A DNA stretch of 63,703 nucleotides, counting the filler, from Diploschistes diacapsis (taxonomy: Eukaryota), in NCBI GenBank assembly GCA_023645945.1. It is 6 parts of 6 records of this genome, joined end to end, with 100 filler letters (N's around TTAATTAATTAA, not from the genome) between each part and the next. Parts side by side here need not be neighbours in the genome. Positions count along the whole stretch, not along the records: positions 1 to 29,481 come from JALAIB010000135.1; positions 29,582 to 36,341 come from JALAIB010001352.1; 4 more parts are not named here. One strand, 5' to 3'. The notes under the pieces are model-generated. The model searched no databases. It was not told the origin of the DNA and worked only from the letters and a program-made list of their open reading frames with translations. Positions 24,202-36,441 of the stretch are shown here, piece after piece (the first letter of the stretch is position 1; each line of letters begins with the position of its first letter). Both the position numbers and the translations under genes were made by a program.

Positions 24202-25208
24202 CTACCATTTCTCCACGTAGGGGCGCATGTCGATCTCGAATGTGAACGATGTCCTGGGCTGCGTGTGAAGATGCCAATATGCATCGGCAATCTGTGGAAA
24301 ATCAGCGTTTCTTCCGCTAGCAGGACACATCATGCAGCATGGTAAACCTACCGCATCTGGGCTGATTTTCCCATCCGGCTGATCAAATTTCCATTCCTTG
24401 GTCCTTGGAATATCAATCACACTGCGTAATCGACCGCATTAGCGTCGAGGTTCGCCCCCACAGAGCATCGTACATTTCGCTACTACCCGCACAGCCACAC
24501 GAAGCGAAGGGAGCAAAACAAACCACTCACCCATCAATAACCGCATGCGCAACATGCACCCCCTTCGGCCCAAACTCCCTTCCCAGACTCTGCGCAATCG
24601 CCCTAACCGCCCATTTCCCACTCGCAAAGCTCGCGAAGTTCGCGCTCCCCTTGACACTCGCGGTCGCGCCCGTGAACAACAGCGTCGGCGGGTGCTCCGC
24701 CTTGCCCACGCCCTCGAGGAGCAGCGGCAGCACTGCCTTGGCGAACAGGAACGTGCCCCGCCCGCTCGCTTCGTAGCCGCCGAGGAACTCCTCGGTCGTG
24801 AGCTCGAGGAAGGGCTTGCGGACGAAGCCGCCGACGCCGTTCATGACGGCGGCCGCGACGACAGGCTTGGTGCCGTTGGGGCCGAGCGCGTGGATCGTGT
24901 CGAAGGCGGCGCTGACGTCGGATTCTCTCGAGACGTCCGTGGGGATGCCGAGGGCTTGGCCGCCGTCGGATTCGATCTCATTGGCGACGGCCTCGTAACT
25001 TGCTGGGGTGCGGGCGAGGAGGACGACGGCGTACCTGGTGGGGGGTTAATCATGGGGTTCCGAGGGCAGAGAGCAATTGGGAAGAGCCGAAGCTTGGAAA
25101 GGGGTGCCACGAGCCATACTTCTTAGCAAATTTCCTGGCGATGCTGGACCCTGTGCCTGGACCGACGCCCTGGATGATTGCAATGGGCTTGTCAAATGTA
25201 GGACCCAT
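24202..25208 (-). CDS. Short-chain dehydrogenase/reductase, multi-exon
   Basis: GVGPGTGSSIARKFA; LLFTGATASVKGSANFASFASGKWAVRAIAQSLGREFGPKGVHVAHAVIDG; ends IADAYWHLHTQPRTSFTFEIDMRPYVEKW*. A possible in-frame upstream ATG lies at 25340. Confidence 0.88.
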
Positions 25209-26681
25209 TCTGAAATTGGTTTTTGAAAAGTGCCTCTGTATAGAGTTCAACCTGCTTAATGGGGCTCTTGGAAGCTTGACAGCAGTGCTATAGACGAAAG
25301 ACCTGGCTGTTGCTGTCCTCCTCACTGTAGCTGAGAGCATTTATATATATTGGAGAGCTCGGGAGATTTGTAATCAACTTATCCTACACGTGTCTGCCTA
25401 AGATCAGAGTTTTGAATTCGTGGAGTAAGTTCAAGTTGATGCATATTAAATTACGACAGACTTGGAATGGACTACCAATTTGATTCGGACACGCAGGTTA
25501 TGGGCCCGACCGATAAACTGGAGATTATCTTCCACAACGTTGTTCCTCTTGAATGTACATCTTGAGCGCTTCAATCGCATCCTTGACTTGATGCGATTTC
25601 ATTAAGCGCGTCAATTGGCATATTTCGAAGGTTGATAATGACATGCTTACTAACTCGCTTATACAACTGTTTCAGCCCTATGGTTCGCAATATCAAATCA
25701 CGTCGCCGTTTAAGCAAGTAAAACGACAAAAGGTCGGAGTGTCTCAACATCGATGGGCTCAAGCAGTCATAACAAAAGTTACAGGTACTTGTAAACAAGC
25801 ATATATTCTTTGCAATGACACGAGCTTGCAGATCTAGCTAACATGCAAGAAGTCGATTCCTATTCCTAAAATATCTAAACTTGGAAGGAACTGAGGATGC
25901 TTAAATATCTTCGGACGAGTCTTATTTTCACGGCAAATGATGGAATGGAACGACGTAAAGCGCATCAAGATAGTTCTGGGATCCAGGTTTGATCTTGATA
26001 CGGAAACTTCTATCGAGCTCACGTTACAGTTTTCATGGCAAATGATGGTATCTCTGCATATCCGATGAGTTGTCCCCTTCAAAGTTCAAGCAAGTCCAAT
26101 CATAGCTGGAGCTGCCTTCATATTCAACGCTAACCGGTTGCTTGATGATTCAAAGGATAACTCATTGGACACGCAGAGATATGAAATGGCTCCAATGACA
26201 TGGAGATTGTTCCAGAACTTCACTTTTGATCATGATATGGAAACTTGTAGTTGAGGAAGGGTACCACACCAAGTCGCATATAAAATTCCAAGTCAGCTTC
26301 TTTGGAGCTTGCTTGACCAATGTCAACGCCTAGATGTCTTTTAATCACTTGGCATTTCCTATTATCAGCTTTACCTATCCTATCACCTATATGAAGCTTA
26401 CTATCAGCCCCCATTCCAGCATGTTGTTTTCAATCAGTCAGGACTCTCCATATCTTTAATGTATGACATGACACGAAATCTATAGGCCAACAACTGGAAA
26501 CCTCTGACCATAAAAATTTCGTCGGGGGCCAGTGTAAACAACAACAATAATAACAACAACAGCACAGCAACCAGGTCCACAGTATTTAAGTACCATCACA
26601 ATATTGGATGAGGCAAATGCTTCACATCTCCATCAAATTCTTTTCACCTGCTTAATCATTCTTAATCCTGGATGATCCAAG

Positions 26682-28142
26682 ATGCCTCTCTGGTACTGCG
26701 ATGTTGAGAACTGCGACCGCCCTGCCTTACACACTTTTCATAATTGGCTCAGGGCGACCAACAGCTGCAGACTTTGTGGACAGCATCTCTGCTCTATTCA
26801 CGCTGACTCTACCTTCCACAACTGCCCGGCCTGGGAGGTGAGCGCTACTGAGGCTTGTTTGTGTCGTGTCCACTAACGTTGTCTCAAGGAAGATGCTTGG
26901 GACGAAAAGGCAAGAATGGCACAAGAGGCTGAAGTTGAAAAGCTGGCTGGCAGAATCAATTTCCATGCTCTTGCCAAGCGAGCTAGCCATCTACGTGGCG
27001 CAATGCCTTGCACTATTCCTGCTGCAGAAGCTGATGCTTCCGAGCTTGAACCTTGCATGGGTGGAATGAATGCTCACATCGAGATCCATTTCCAAGACGG
27101 GGTGGTCTGGCTCGCGCGAATCCGTCGAACTAACGCGACCTCTCCTCCGCCTGCTGTTCGTGACCAAATTTTCAGGAGCGAGTATGCAACCTACAAATTC
27201 CTGGAGAAAACTGATCTTCCGACTCCCAAGGTGTTTGAGTTAGCTTTGGAGAGCGCCCAGAATCCAGTTGGAGTTGGATACATGCTGATGGAGAAGTTAC
27301 CGGGCACTCCTCTCAATTGGTATTTCTGTGAACCTGGACAGCGCACGCGCGTCCTTCGAAACATGGCTGATATGTACATCCATCTGTACGAGCATCCATT
27401 GAAAAGCATGGGATGTCTGGATGATCCGACCTCGTCTCATGTCGGTGCTTTTGCTCGCGAGTCCATGATTGATATCGTTGAAGGCTCTGTGCGAACCTTG
27501 GGACCCTACAAATCCATCCAAGAGTATTACTTCAACTCAGCCCAGCATATTTTGAATCTTATACTACGCGATGAGATCTACCCGAACCGACACATCGCCG
27601 CATATCTAATTCATCTATTCATCCAGGACGTTGCGATGCGCGTATTCCCATCAACTGAGGACGAAGCTGGTACGTTCTACCTGAAGCACCCTGACGATAA
27701 GGGTGACCATCTGTTGGTGGATGCCGACTTCAACGTCACCGGAATCATTGACTGGGAATGGGCATTCACCGCTCCTGAAGCCCTCGCATTTTCCACACCC
27801 ATTGCTTTCATACCTTTCGATGACTTCTACAACGGGAAGAACAATCTACACGATGACGAGGTCGAGTTTGCTCGGATATTAGAGCAAAAGGGACAGCCAA
27901 AGCTCGCGGAACATGTACGAAATGGCCGGATCTACCAACGACTCCATGTCTGCTGCGGAAATGAGCTCGAGGACTGGCGTGACTTTCTCGGTTGCTTCAA
28001 AGGCCTCAGAGACCTGGTCGATATTGATGCGGGCCTCGAGTGGGAAGAATGGAAGATGGTGGCTTTGGCACGGTACAAGGGCGATCAAGGCCTCAAGACG
28101 CTCATAGCCAGAGAGAATGCACGCGAGCTCGCTGCTAAGTAA
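26682..28142 (+). CDS. Aminoglycoside-phosphotransferase/kinase-like (APH) family protein with N-terminal Cys/His zinc finger, 2 exons
   Basis: Exon 1 26682-26837 and intron to 26888 (GTGAGC...CTAAC...AAG) are in frame with the 26916 ORF. Motifs WLARIR, SEYATYKFL, YMLMEKLPG and HPDDKGDHLLVD...GIIDWEWA. Confidence 0.85.
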
Positions 28143-28989
28143 ACCCCACTTCGCCCCTCCATCTCTCTCTGAGCACTGGATCTTCCTAACAGAAACCTGA
28201 AGCTCCCACCGCCCCTCTCAGTACCTTGAGCCTGCTCTGCCGCTCACGAAATAATAACTCCCTCCACCTCTCCCTGCCCGTTCCCCATTGACCTCCCTCT
28301 CTCAACCCCGTCTCCTTGCCAGTCTCTCCCTCTATTTTCCGTCCATCTCCCTGCGTATCTTTCCTTCTCCCCTCCCATCTATCTCCCCGCCTGCCTCCCT
28401 CTCTCTCCCACCTCAACCATCAAAAGATTCTAGGCCAACAATCATCAACCCATGGACGCAGATTCCTTTATCCAAGCTTCTAGCCTAAACCCCATCTCCT
28501 TCAATCCCCCCAACCCACATCTTCCATAGTACCGTTCGTCTTAGCACAAGGCCATCTTCCTTGTTTTTTCCTCCCTAGCTTACAACTACCAATATCCGCG
28601 CTGGCAGTTCCATCACCTGCTCCCCATTCCAAACATGGAGGGGAGAGAAGCAAGAGGAGAGTGGCTTCCACTTTACTTCCGAGGCAGGAAGATGGGGCAG
28701 ACGACCAAACGACCAGATGCCGTGACAAGTCCCTCCTTCAACACGTACTGTTCGAACGGGGGCACGGGCACAGGTATATTATGGGCGGGCAGCAGAAAAG
28801 CGGGCAAGGGGACACGCAGTTAAGCACGAACTCAGTCACAGGCACAGGCTCAGGGCACGGGGGGGTTGCCCTCAACAAATATTTTGAAATGCGAAAAAAA
28901 CTCTTGAGAAATGGAGTCGAAAGGAGAAGTATATACTCCATTCCGCTCGTATAGAATAGTGATGGAACGGCCGAAAGAGGACGGATAAA

Positions 28990-28991
28990 AG

Positions 28992-29024
<33 letters not shown>

Positions 29025-29481
29025 TGGAAAGTACAAGCCCCCAACAGGCCAGAAAAGCTACACGATAGAACTGCATCTACCTAACCTACCTACCTACCCA
29101 CCCACCCAGCGCCACGCAGCAGATGTTCGAAAAACAACAGCAAAGAAAACAAAAAAACAAGACGATAACAAAAAGTCCCGTTGGGTGCGACTTCGAGACC
29201 GTTGCCGTTTGCCGTTGCCGTTGCCGTTACCGTCGCTGTGTCCCTAATCCCTAATGTAGTCCTGCGCTTCGCTTAGGAGGAACAATACAAATGCCCTGTG
29301 GGCCCCCCCCCCCGCCTGTAATACAATTATGATACAAAACAAAACAGGCACGCAGAATCAGGCTCCAGCGAGGCTGAGCTTGTATGCCGCTGCCGCTGCC
29401 GCTGCCGCTGCCGCTGCTTCTGTTGCTGGTGGCTAATGGGCGGGAAGGGGGGGGAGGGGGAAGAAAAAGAGAGAATTGATC
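28990..29481. repeat. Microsatellite/low-complexity cluster at contig end
   Basis: (GGCA)n, (CTAC)n, (GCCGTT)n, (GCCGCT)n and poly-C/poly-G runs are visible directly. Confidence 0.85.
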
Positions 29482-29581
29482 NNNNNNNNNNNNNNNNNNN
29501 NNNNNNNNNNNNNNNNNNNNNNNNNTTAATTAATTAANNNNNNNNNNNNNNNNNNNNNNNNNNNNNNNNNNNNNNNNNNNN
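29482..29581. other. Artificial contig spacer N44-TTAATTAATTAA-N44
   Basis: 100-nt linker with stops in all six frames; identical at all five gaps. Confidence 0.98.
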
Positions 29582-29992
29582 AAGTGGAGGCGGTGTGCTG
29601 TGTTCTGATGTAAGGGGGGGAGGGGAGGTAGGGGCTGGAAAGGATGTGTGATGGCAAAAGTTCAAGCGGAGTAGAATCTATTGTTTTTATTGTCATGCTG
29701 TGCTGGGGTCAGCGTCGATTGGGTGGTGGAAGAGACATTGTGAGTTTGTCTGCATGCATGCATAGTGAGTCCAAGAGATGGATATATGTATGAAAGTGCG
29801 TGTAGAACAAACAAGACGTGGAAGCAAGCTTGTATGTCCGAAGATATATACACACACCAGAACCGAGATGAAACACAAGAAACACAAGAAACACAAGAAA
29901 CACAACATCTCCTTATACGTGATAGTACAGCAACGTGACACGTGACACTACAGCGAGCGATGAGTTAAACCAATCCCAATCCAATCCCAATC

Positions 29993-32612
29993 TCACCACC
30001 CAGTAACCGCAATCCTCTGCCCAAAATTAACCGCCACCGCGACCCCCAGGAGCGCGCACAGCACCGTCGGGCCATACCGATCATAGTACCGCGCCGCCCT
30101 CCTGCTCCGGATCCACGACACGCGGACGAGATACACGACCAGCGAGTACAGCAGGCTCGCAACGGCCACGACCAGGAAAAGAAGCGACGCGGACAGCGAG
30201 ACGTCGTCGCCGAAGTTAAGCAGGACGCCGGCGATGCCGCTGAAAAGGATGGAGATCTGCAGCCAATCGAGGAAGGTGCGCTCGACGGCGAAGTAGACTT
30301 TTGGCTCGACGCGCACGGGCACGTGGATGCCTGAGTGTGGGTGAGCGGTGGCTACGAAGGGAAGGGAAAGGTTGGTGGTAGGTAAGGTACTTACGTTTGC
30401 CTCTTGGCGCTTTGAAGCGCTTTGGCTCGACTTGTGCGGGCAGAGCACTCATTGCTCCTGCTGTGTCGGGCAGAGGCATGGGTTTTGGCGTGATAAGGTT
30501 GAATGCTTTGGCTATGTAGGTACCAATTTGAGCGATGTGGTGCTTTAGCAGTTCTTGGCCGCATGTCAAGTCGGGCGCTCTTTTTGCTTCTTCTAGCCTA
30601 TCCTCGTTGTCATCATCGGAGTCGTAGAGAGGATGGTCGCCGTGATAGATTATGGGTAGGTCCGCCATTCGCTCTTCTTCGTCAAGTTCATTGGGATCTT
30701 GATCGTCTAATCCTCGCTCCCGCATGTGATTCGCAGCTTCCATTCGTTCTTGTGCTTCTTGTAACAGAGCTGCACCGTCATCGTGACCTGCTGCACGCTC
30801 AAAGCTACGGGGTCTGTCATCCACAACCTCATCCTCATCATCCGACAACTCATCTTCGGAGTCCCGGAAGTCTTCACTTGTGCTCTTGTTTGTGGGATGA
30901 GCAGGTCGCTCTATACCGAAACGGCGCGCAGCTGGCTTGCGAATATCGATGTCCATTTGCGGCATCCAAAATGGGAGCAGATTGATTCTCGTAGGAAAGA
31001 GAATAGCTGTGCCGTGTATGAACTTGCTGAATTTGGGAACCGCTTCAACGAGATGGCTTCCGACAAGCTCCCGCACCCATGCAGGTGGTTCCTGGCCCGC
31101 TTGAGTCTGCAACTTGACCTCCAGGACAGCATATGGGAATCGCTCAACGTCTTCTGCTGGCAGCTGAGAGAAGGGATAATCAATGCCAATATCCGTCCGC
31201 CGCCAATTGGCTCCAGCTCTCTTTCTGCCGTCGAGGTTGTCTTCTCGCACCATGGTGAGCTCTGTGTCCAGAGATATCCGAACACGAGCGTCTCCCGGTA
31301 GCTGAAAGGCTGTACGATTGTAGAAAGATCGAGTTACCGGAACGAGTTCCCTTGTGATAACGCGATACTGAATTTCCCTTGCTAGTTGTTCGAGATCATC
31401 AATCTCCTTGTCGCTCTTTTTCCCGTCTTTTCGAGCCTTCTCAAAGATGCTTTCAACCGTCATCTTTCCAGCCAAGAATGCATTAACATTTTTTTCTTTC
31501 AACGAAAAGCGAGCCTTTACCGACTTCTCGCCGGTCCAGTCCTCCCTATGTGTTTTCCTTTCAACAAAGATTGTCCCGTTCTCCATTCCGCCATACCATC
31601 GTAGCCGTATGGCTTCGGCGCCCTCGGTCTTCTTTAATCGACCGGTATAGAGCTCCCATGTATCGGTATTGTCGTAGTAGATCGAAGAGATAGCAAAGTC
31701 TTTGATTTCGAATTCTTTATTGGGATTAAACACTAATACAGGCAGATTCTAGAAGCAGTCAGCGCTACATCGCGGAAGCAACCGTGATACTTGCTTTAAG
31801 AATTATAAGTTTGAGCTCAGTTATATTGTCTGGGTGTACCCAGTACTTTGTAGTCTGGCGAACAAAGTTCTGCTGGCCCCCTCCAGCTGCGCTGTCTCCG
31901 GCGATGGGGTGTCCCTTTGTACGAACAAGGTCGTACAGCCTAGATAGCTTGACGATGTCCGAGTCATAGTTGTCCTGAAAAAACGGCTTCGCTTTTAGTC
32001 TGGTCGCAAAAACGGGTTTCAGGTGCCATGACGTTTGTTTCTGTTACGGTCAGGTTGAAGGTGTTGCGGTTGACGTACGTGGTACCCACATCATGCTTTT
32101 TTATAATCTTTTGAAAGCCGGTGTAGTTCAATTGGGTGAACTTTGCAAGATCGTGAACATCGGCAATAATGTCGCTAAGATCCTCCTCCAAAAGCAAGAA
32201 ATCCGCTTCCGCTGGCTCGTCCGCATATGGTACACCATCCTCTCCAGCATGGTTGGCTTGGTCCAGTCGGGACACGACATCGTTGACCTCTCCTTCGCTA
32301 CTCTTGATCCGTCGTACTATCTCCGCAGACTTGACTCGCTGGAAGGCGAAGACTTTGTCCAGCTCTGCCTCGAGCTGAGAGACGAAAGACTTCTCATCTT
32401 CCTCTGTCCACGATCGTCGTTTGGGGCTTGAGTCCTGCGAAGCAGGTTGTAGTTCGTATGGTTTTTTCAGAGCGGCTTTCAAGTCATCGTAACATATATA
32501 GTAGTAGTACCAATCTCGGATCAGGGACTGACGAAGTTGCTGGCCGACTATAGTAGCAGCAGAATTAGCAATGGCGAGAATGTCTAGCGGGGGAGAAAAC
32601 CTTACACTTCAT
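29993..32612 (-). CDS. VTC4: Vacuolar transporter chaperone 4 (polyphosphate polymerase; SPX-VTC-DUF202), multi-exon
   Basis: 7-nt exon 1 gives MKFGQQLR... (SPX); [82 protein letters not shown]. Confidence 0.95.
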
Positions 32613-33226
32613 GCTCGAAGCTTGTCTGCCAATTTCTAGGCGGGACCCAGAGCATCGTCAGTCAGTACGACAGGTCGATTTTTCGTCCATAAGTGGTCAA
32701 CGACAACAATGCTTGGGATGAAATTGACCCATGGGCGGGGGAGCTCTTAGAAGCTTTAAGCTCTGGCCAAGACATTCTTGCTATTGCGCCTACCCACATC
32801 ATGCTGTATCTTGTCTCTTGGAAGAGAACGTAATTGTATTAGTACTGTCTCACGGTGCTCTCACCTACTTACCTGCCCTTAGTACTATCCGATCTGCCCG
32901 GATCTGCATCTAGCAAGTCATCAAATGTTGCCACGATATTCGATATTCGGGTGTGGCGCGTCCGTGGCATGTGTGTGGCTGGTGCTTCCTTCATGATCTC
33001 AATGATAGGTGAGGAGCAACTTCGGGAACGTACATGTATCTCCTGAAAATTATATACCCATGTTACTATTGTCCGCCCCGTTGTTTACTCGGTGCAAATT
33101 CATATATACTCCGCAGGTTATGCTGAATGATGTGAGAACCAGTCATCGTGACACTATTATCTCAACTGCCGGTGTCACCAAAATCCGGAGTAACCTCAGA
33201 TAATCGTGTTCTAATCCTAACCAAAT

Positions 33227-35854
33227 ATGTCACGCCATAGGTTCGTCAAGGCTCTGGACGTTGATGAGGAGCTGGACGACTTCGAAGGAGAGGAGGATGA
33301 GGACGAAGAGTATAATTACACTGCTGATCCGAAAATGCAAGAAAGCCTCGCACAAGCTAGGGACGTTCTTGATAGCCACTTCACGGACCGCGAAATACAG
33401 GACTCTTTATGGTATACCTATTACGACGTGGAAAAAACAGTGAACTTCCTCCTCAGTATATTGTACAGCTCCTACATCTCAAGCAAGCTGACTAAGTCGT
33501 AGATAAAAAGACCAAAGCTACCGCCAAATCATCTGCTCCAACGTCACAGACAGCACAAAAACAAAAAGGTTAGTCGTGGCTCATTTTCTCCCTCTTTTTC
33601 ACCAAATTATACAAGACTGGGCTCTACTCGGAGATCCCAGACCATGAGAAGGCCTCCAATATCAGGAAACAGCTCGCGGCTGATACCGTCTTTCAGCGCC
33701 CTTGAGAGTTGGTGGATGCGGCAGTTCGAGGACCTATCTAGGGCTGGATCTGACGAAGGGATTCTTTGCGGACTGTCCTTGGCTGAACGTGCCTCACACT
33801 CGGCAAGCTCTGATATCAGTGGAGCCGATGTATCCTTGCAAAGGCCTCCTGGGAGGCTCCTCCAAAGACGCGCCCCGAACATCAAAGCTCGCAGCGCTTG
33901 CTGCGGCTAGGAAAAAGAAAGCTAGCGAAAGCTCGTCCTCGGACCCAAAGTCGCCAAGCAGCCCGGCTGCTTTTTTGGACAAGTTGAGCAAGCCAAAGAG
34001 CCGCGGAGTCGAAGGATCCATCAGCTCATCGCAGAACCCTAGCCTGGAGCGTCTTGCTAGACCGTCGCAGCCTCGATTTGGCAAGTATCCAAGGCGACAG
34101 GAGACGAAACCAGAAGAGGTACTCAAAACCGAAGTACGACCGCCAGACCTGTCTCCAACTGCTGCCGTGCAAGAAGAGAACTCGATCGCGCTTGCCGCTC
34201 CCTCCACCTTCGCCTCGACCATGCTTGGAAGACCTCAAAAACACAATACTACCTCCTATACTGTCGCTTATGATCCGTTTCAGATGAACTGTAACTTAAG
34301 CGGGGCTAACTTTAATGCCTTTGCAGGACCTAGTCCCGACGATGTAGTTGCGAACGCACAGAACGCTCCAAAAGCGATGAAGTCAAAGAGTCAGCCCAAA
34401 GGTCAAGGGTTGAAGTCTAACGGGATAGACCATGTCACAAATGACATAAGTCAAGCAACCATATCGGATGCAGGGCGGCTTCCAACCAAGAGTAAGAAGC
34501 TGAATGTACTGGAAGAGTACAACAAGTCGAAGAAAAAGAATGCCGCAAATTTCGTGGTCATTGGTGAGTGGACCAGACATCCTGGCCATGTCCACGAAAC
34601 CAGTTAACGAAGCGCCAAGGACACGTTGACGCCGGAAAGTCTACGTTGATGGGGCGTCTACTATGGGATCTGAAGGTGGTCGACCAACGGACAGTCGAAA
34701 AGTACCGAAGAGAAGCCGAGAAGATTGGGAAGTCGTCGTTTGCTTTGGCATGGGTTCTCGATCAAGACACCGACGAAAGGGAACACGGAGTCACGATTGA
34801 CATAGCCGTGAACAAGTTCGAAACCGACAAAACCGCCTTCACCATCCTCGACGCGCCGGGCCACAAAGACTTCGTCCCGAACATGATTGCAGGAGCTTCC
34901 CAGGCTGACTTTGCGATTCTTGTGGTTGACGCTAGCACGGGCAGCTTCGAGTCTGGGCTAAGGGGCCAGACGAAAGAACACGCCCTTCTCGTTCGGAGCA
35001 TGGGCGTGCGCCGCTTAATCGTCGCCGTCAACAAGCTCGACGCAGTATCCTGGTCAAAGGAGCGCTTCGAAGAAATATCCCAACAAATCTCCGCCTTCCT
35101 AACCGCCACCGGATTCCAGCCCGACAACATCTCCTTCGTCCCCTGCTCCGGCCTGAACGGCGACAACGTAGCCACCAAATCCCCCGCCTGTACCTGGTAC
35201 AGCGGCCCCACGCTCCTCGCCCTCCTCGAATCCTCCGAACCAACCACCCAAAAGCGCGCCCTCGCCGGCCCGCTTCGCCTACCAATCTCCCAAGTCCTCA
35301 ATGCTGGAGTCCAGCATCCCCTTTCCGTCGTCGGCCGCATCACATCGGGCAGCTTACAGGTCGGCGACAAGATCACGGTCGTCCCCTCCGGGCAGACGGG
35401 CTACGTCAAGGCGCTAGCCATCGACGACGAGCCGACGGAGTGGGCTGTCGCGGGTCAGAACGTGACGCTGCACCTCTCGTCCGACGTGGACGCGGCACAC
35501 GTTGGGGGTGGGAACGTGGTGTGTCCCGCCGACGCGCCGGTGCAGTTAAGAAGCAGGTTCACGCTCAAGATACTGGCATTTGAGCACGTGATGCCTATGT
35601 TCTGCAGCGTCGTCGTGGGGCGCCTGGATGCACCGGCGAGGGTGACGAAGCTGCTGGCCGTGCTGGATAAGAGTACGGGGAAGGTGGCGGAGGGGAAGGG
35701 CGGGAAGAGGCCGAGGATAGTGAAGCCGGGCGAGGTGGCTAGAGTGGAGGTCACGGCGGAGGTGGATGGGGGGTTGCCGGTTGAGGAAGGAGCGAGGGTT
35801 GTGCTGAGGGCGGAGGGGGAGACGGTAGCTACAGGGCTGATGGAGGGGTTCTAG
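33227..35854 (+). CDS. HBS1: Hbs1/Ski7 translational GTPase (eRF3/EF1A family), with predicted alternative 3' splicing
   Basis: Exons 33227-33455, 33503-33568, (33697 or 34327)-34563 and 34620-35854. N-terminal IQDSLWYTYYDVEKTVNFLL; G-domain GHVDAGKST, REHGVTID, DAPGHKDFVPNMI and NKLD. Confidence 0.93.
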
Positions 35855-35956
35855 CCAAATATCTGGATGGAGTTTGCACGAGGTAAATGTGTGATGATGT
35901 GATACGATGAACGTCACCAGCAGAGAATAGATACGCTCGAATTTTCGGAATTAGTT

Positions 35957-36341
35957 TCAAAAATTAAACTCCTCCGAGATAACTTGCTGCCCCTGAAGCC
36001 AACCATGCACACTCTTCTTCAGCTGCGGGCCAGCACATACATACCACCTAGCCACGCTCGCCGCCGACGCCGCCTCGAAATCCCCACTCTCCATCCTCCT
36101 CCTATGAATCTCCAAGCCCATGGCCTCCAAGTCATCCAAAGCACTCTGGGCACCAGGATCCACGGCCCCCGAAACAAACACGCTCGTCCACGGCAATCCC
36201 ACCTCCTTCCACTCCCCGACCAGCCTCCTCACCATCGCCACGTCCTGCCCGCCAACCGCCCACCACACCCTCACCCTCCGCCCGTCCAGCGCCGCCAACT
36301 GTCCCAGAAGCGGCGTAATGCCCACGCCCCCGGCCACATAT
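35957..36341 (-). CDS. Ferredoxin-NADP reductase-like oxidoreductase, NAD-binding C-terminal part (5' lost in gap)
   Basis: YVAGGVGITPLL and WYVCAGP motifs, ending EEFNF*. Confidence 0.75.
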
Positions 36342-36441
36342 NNNNNNNNNNNNNNNNNNNNNNNNNNNNNNNNNNNNNNNNNNNNTTAATTAATTAANNN
36401 NNNNNNNNNNNNNNNNNNNNNNNNNNNNNNNNNNNNNNNNN
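36342..36441. other. Artificial contig spacer
   Basis: N44-TTAATTAATTAA-N44. Confidence 0.98.

Noticed and set aside
26916..28142. APH gene as a horizontally acquired antibiotic-resistance gene
   Set aside because: It has a spliceosomal intron, and APH-like kinases are a common native fungal family.
29526..29537. TTAATTAATTAA palindrome recurring about every 6.85 kb as a biological periodic element or piggyBac TTAA site
   Set aside because: Always centred in exactly 44+44 Ns; it is a synthetic linker.
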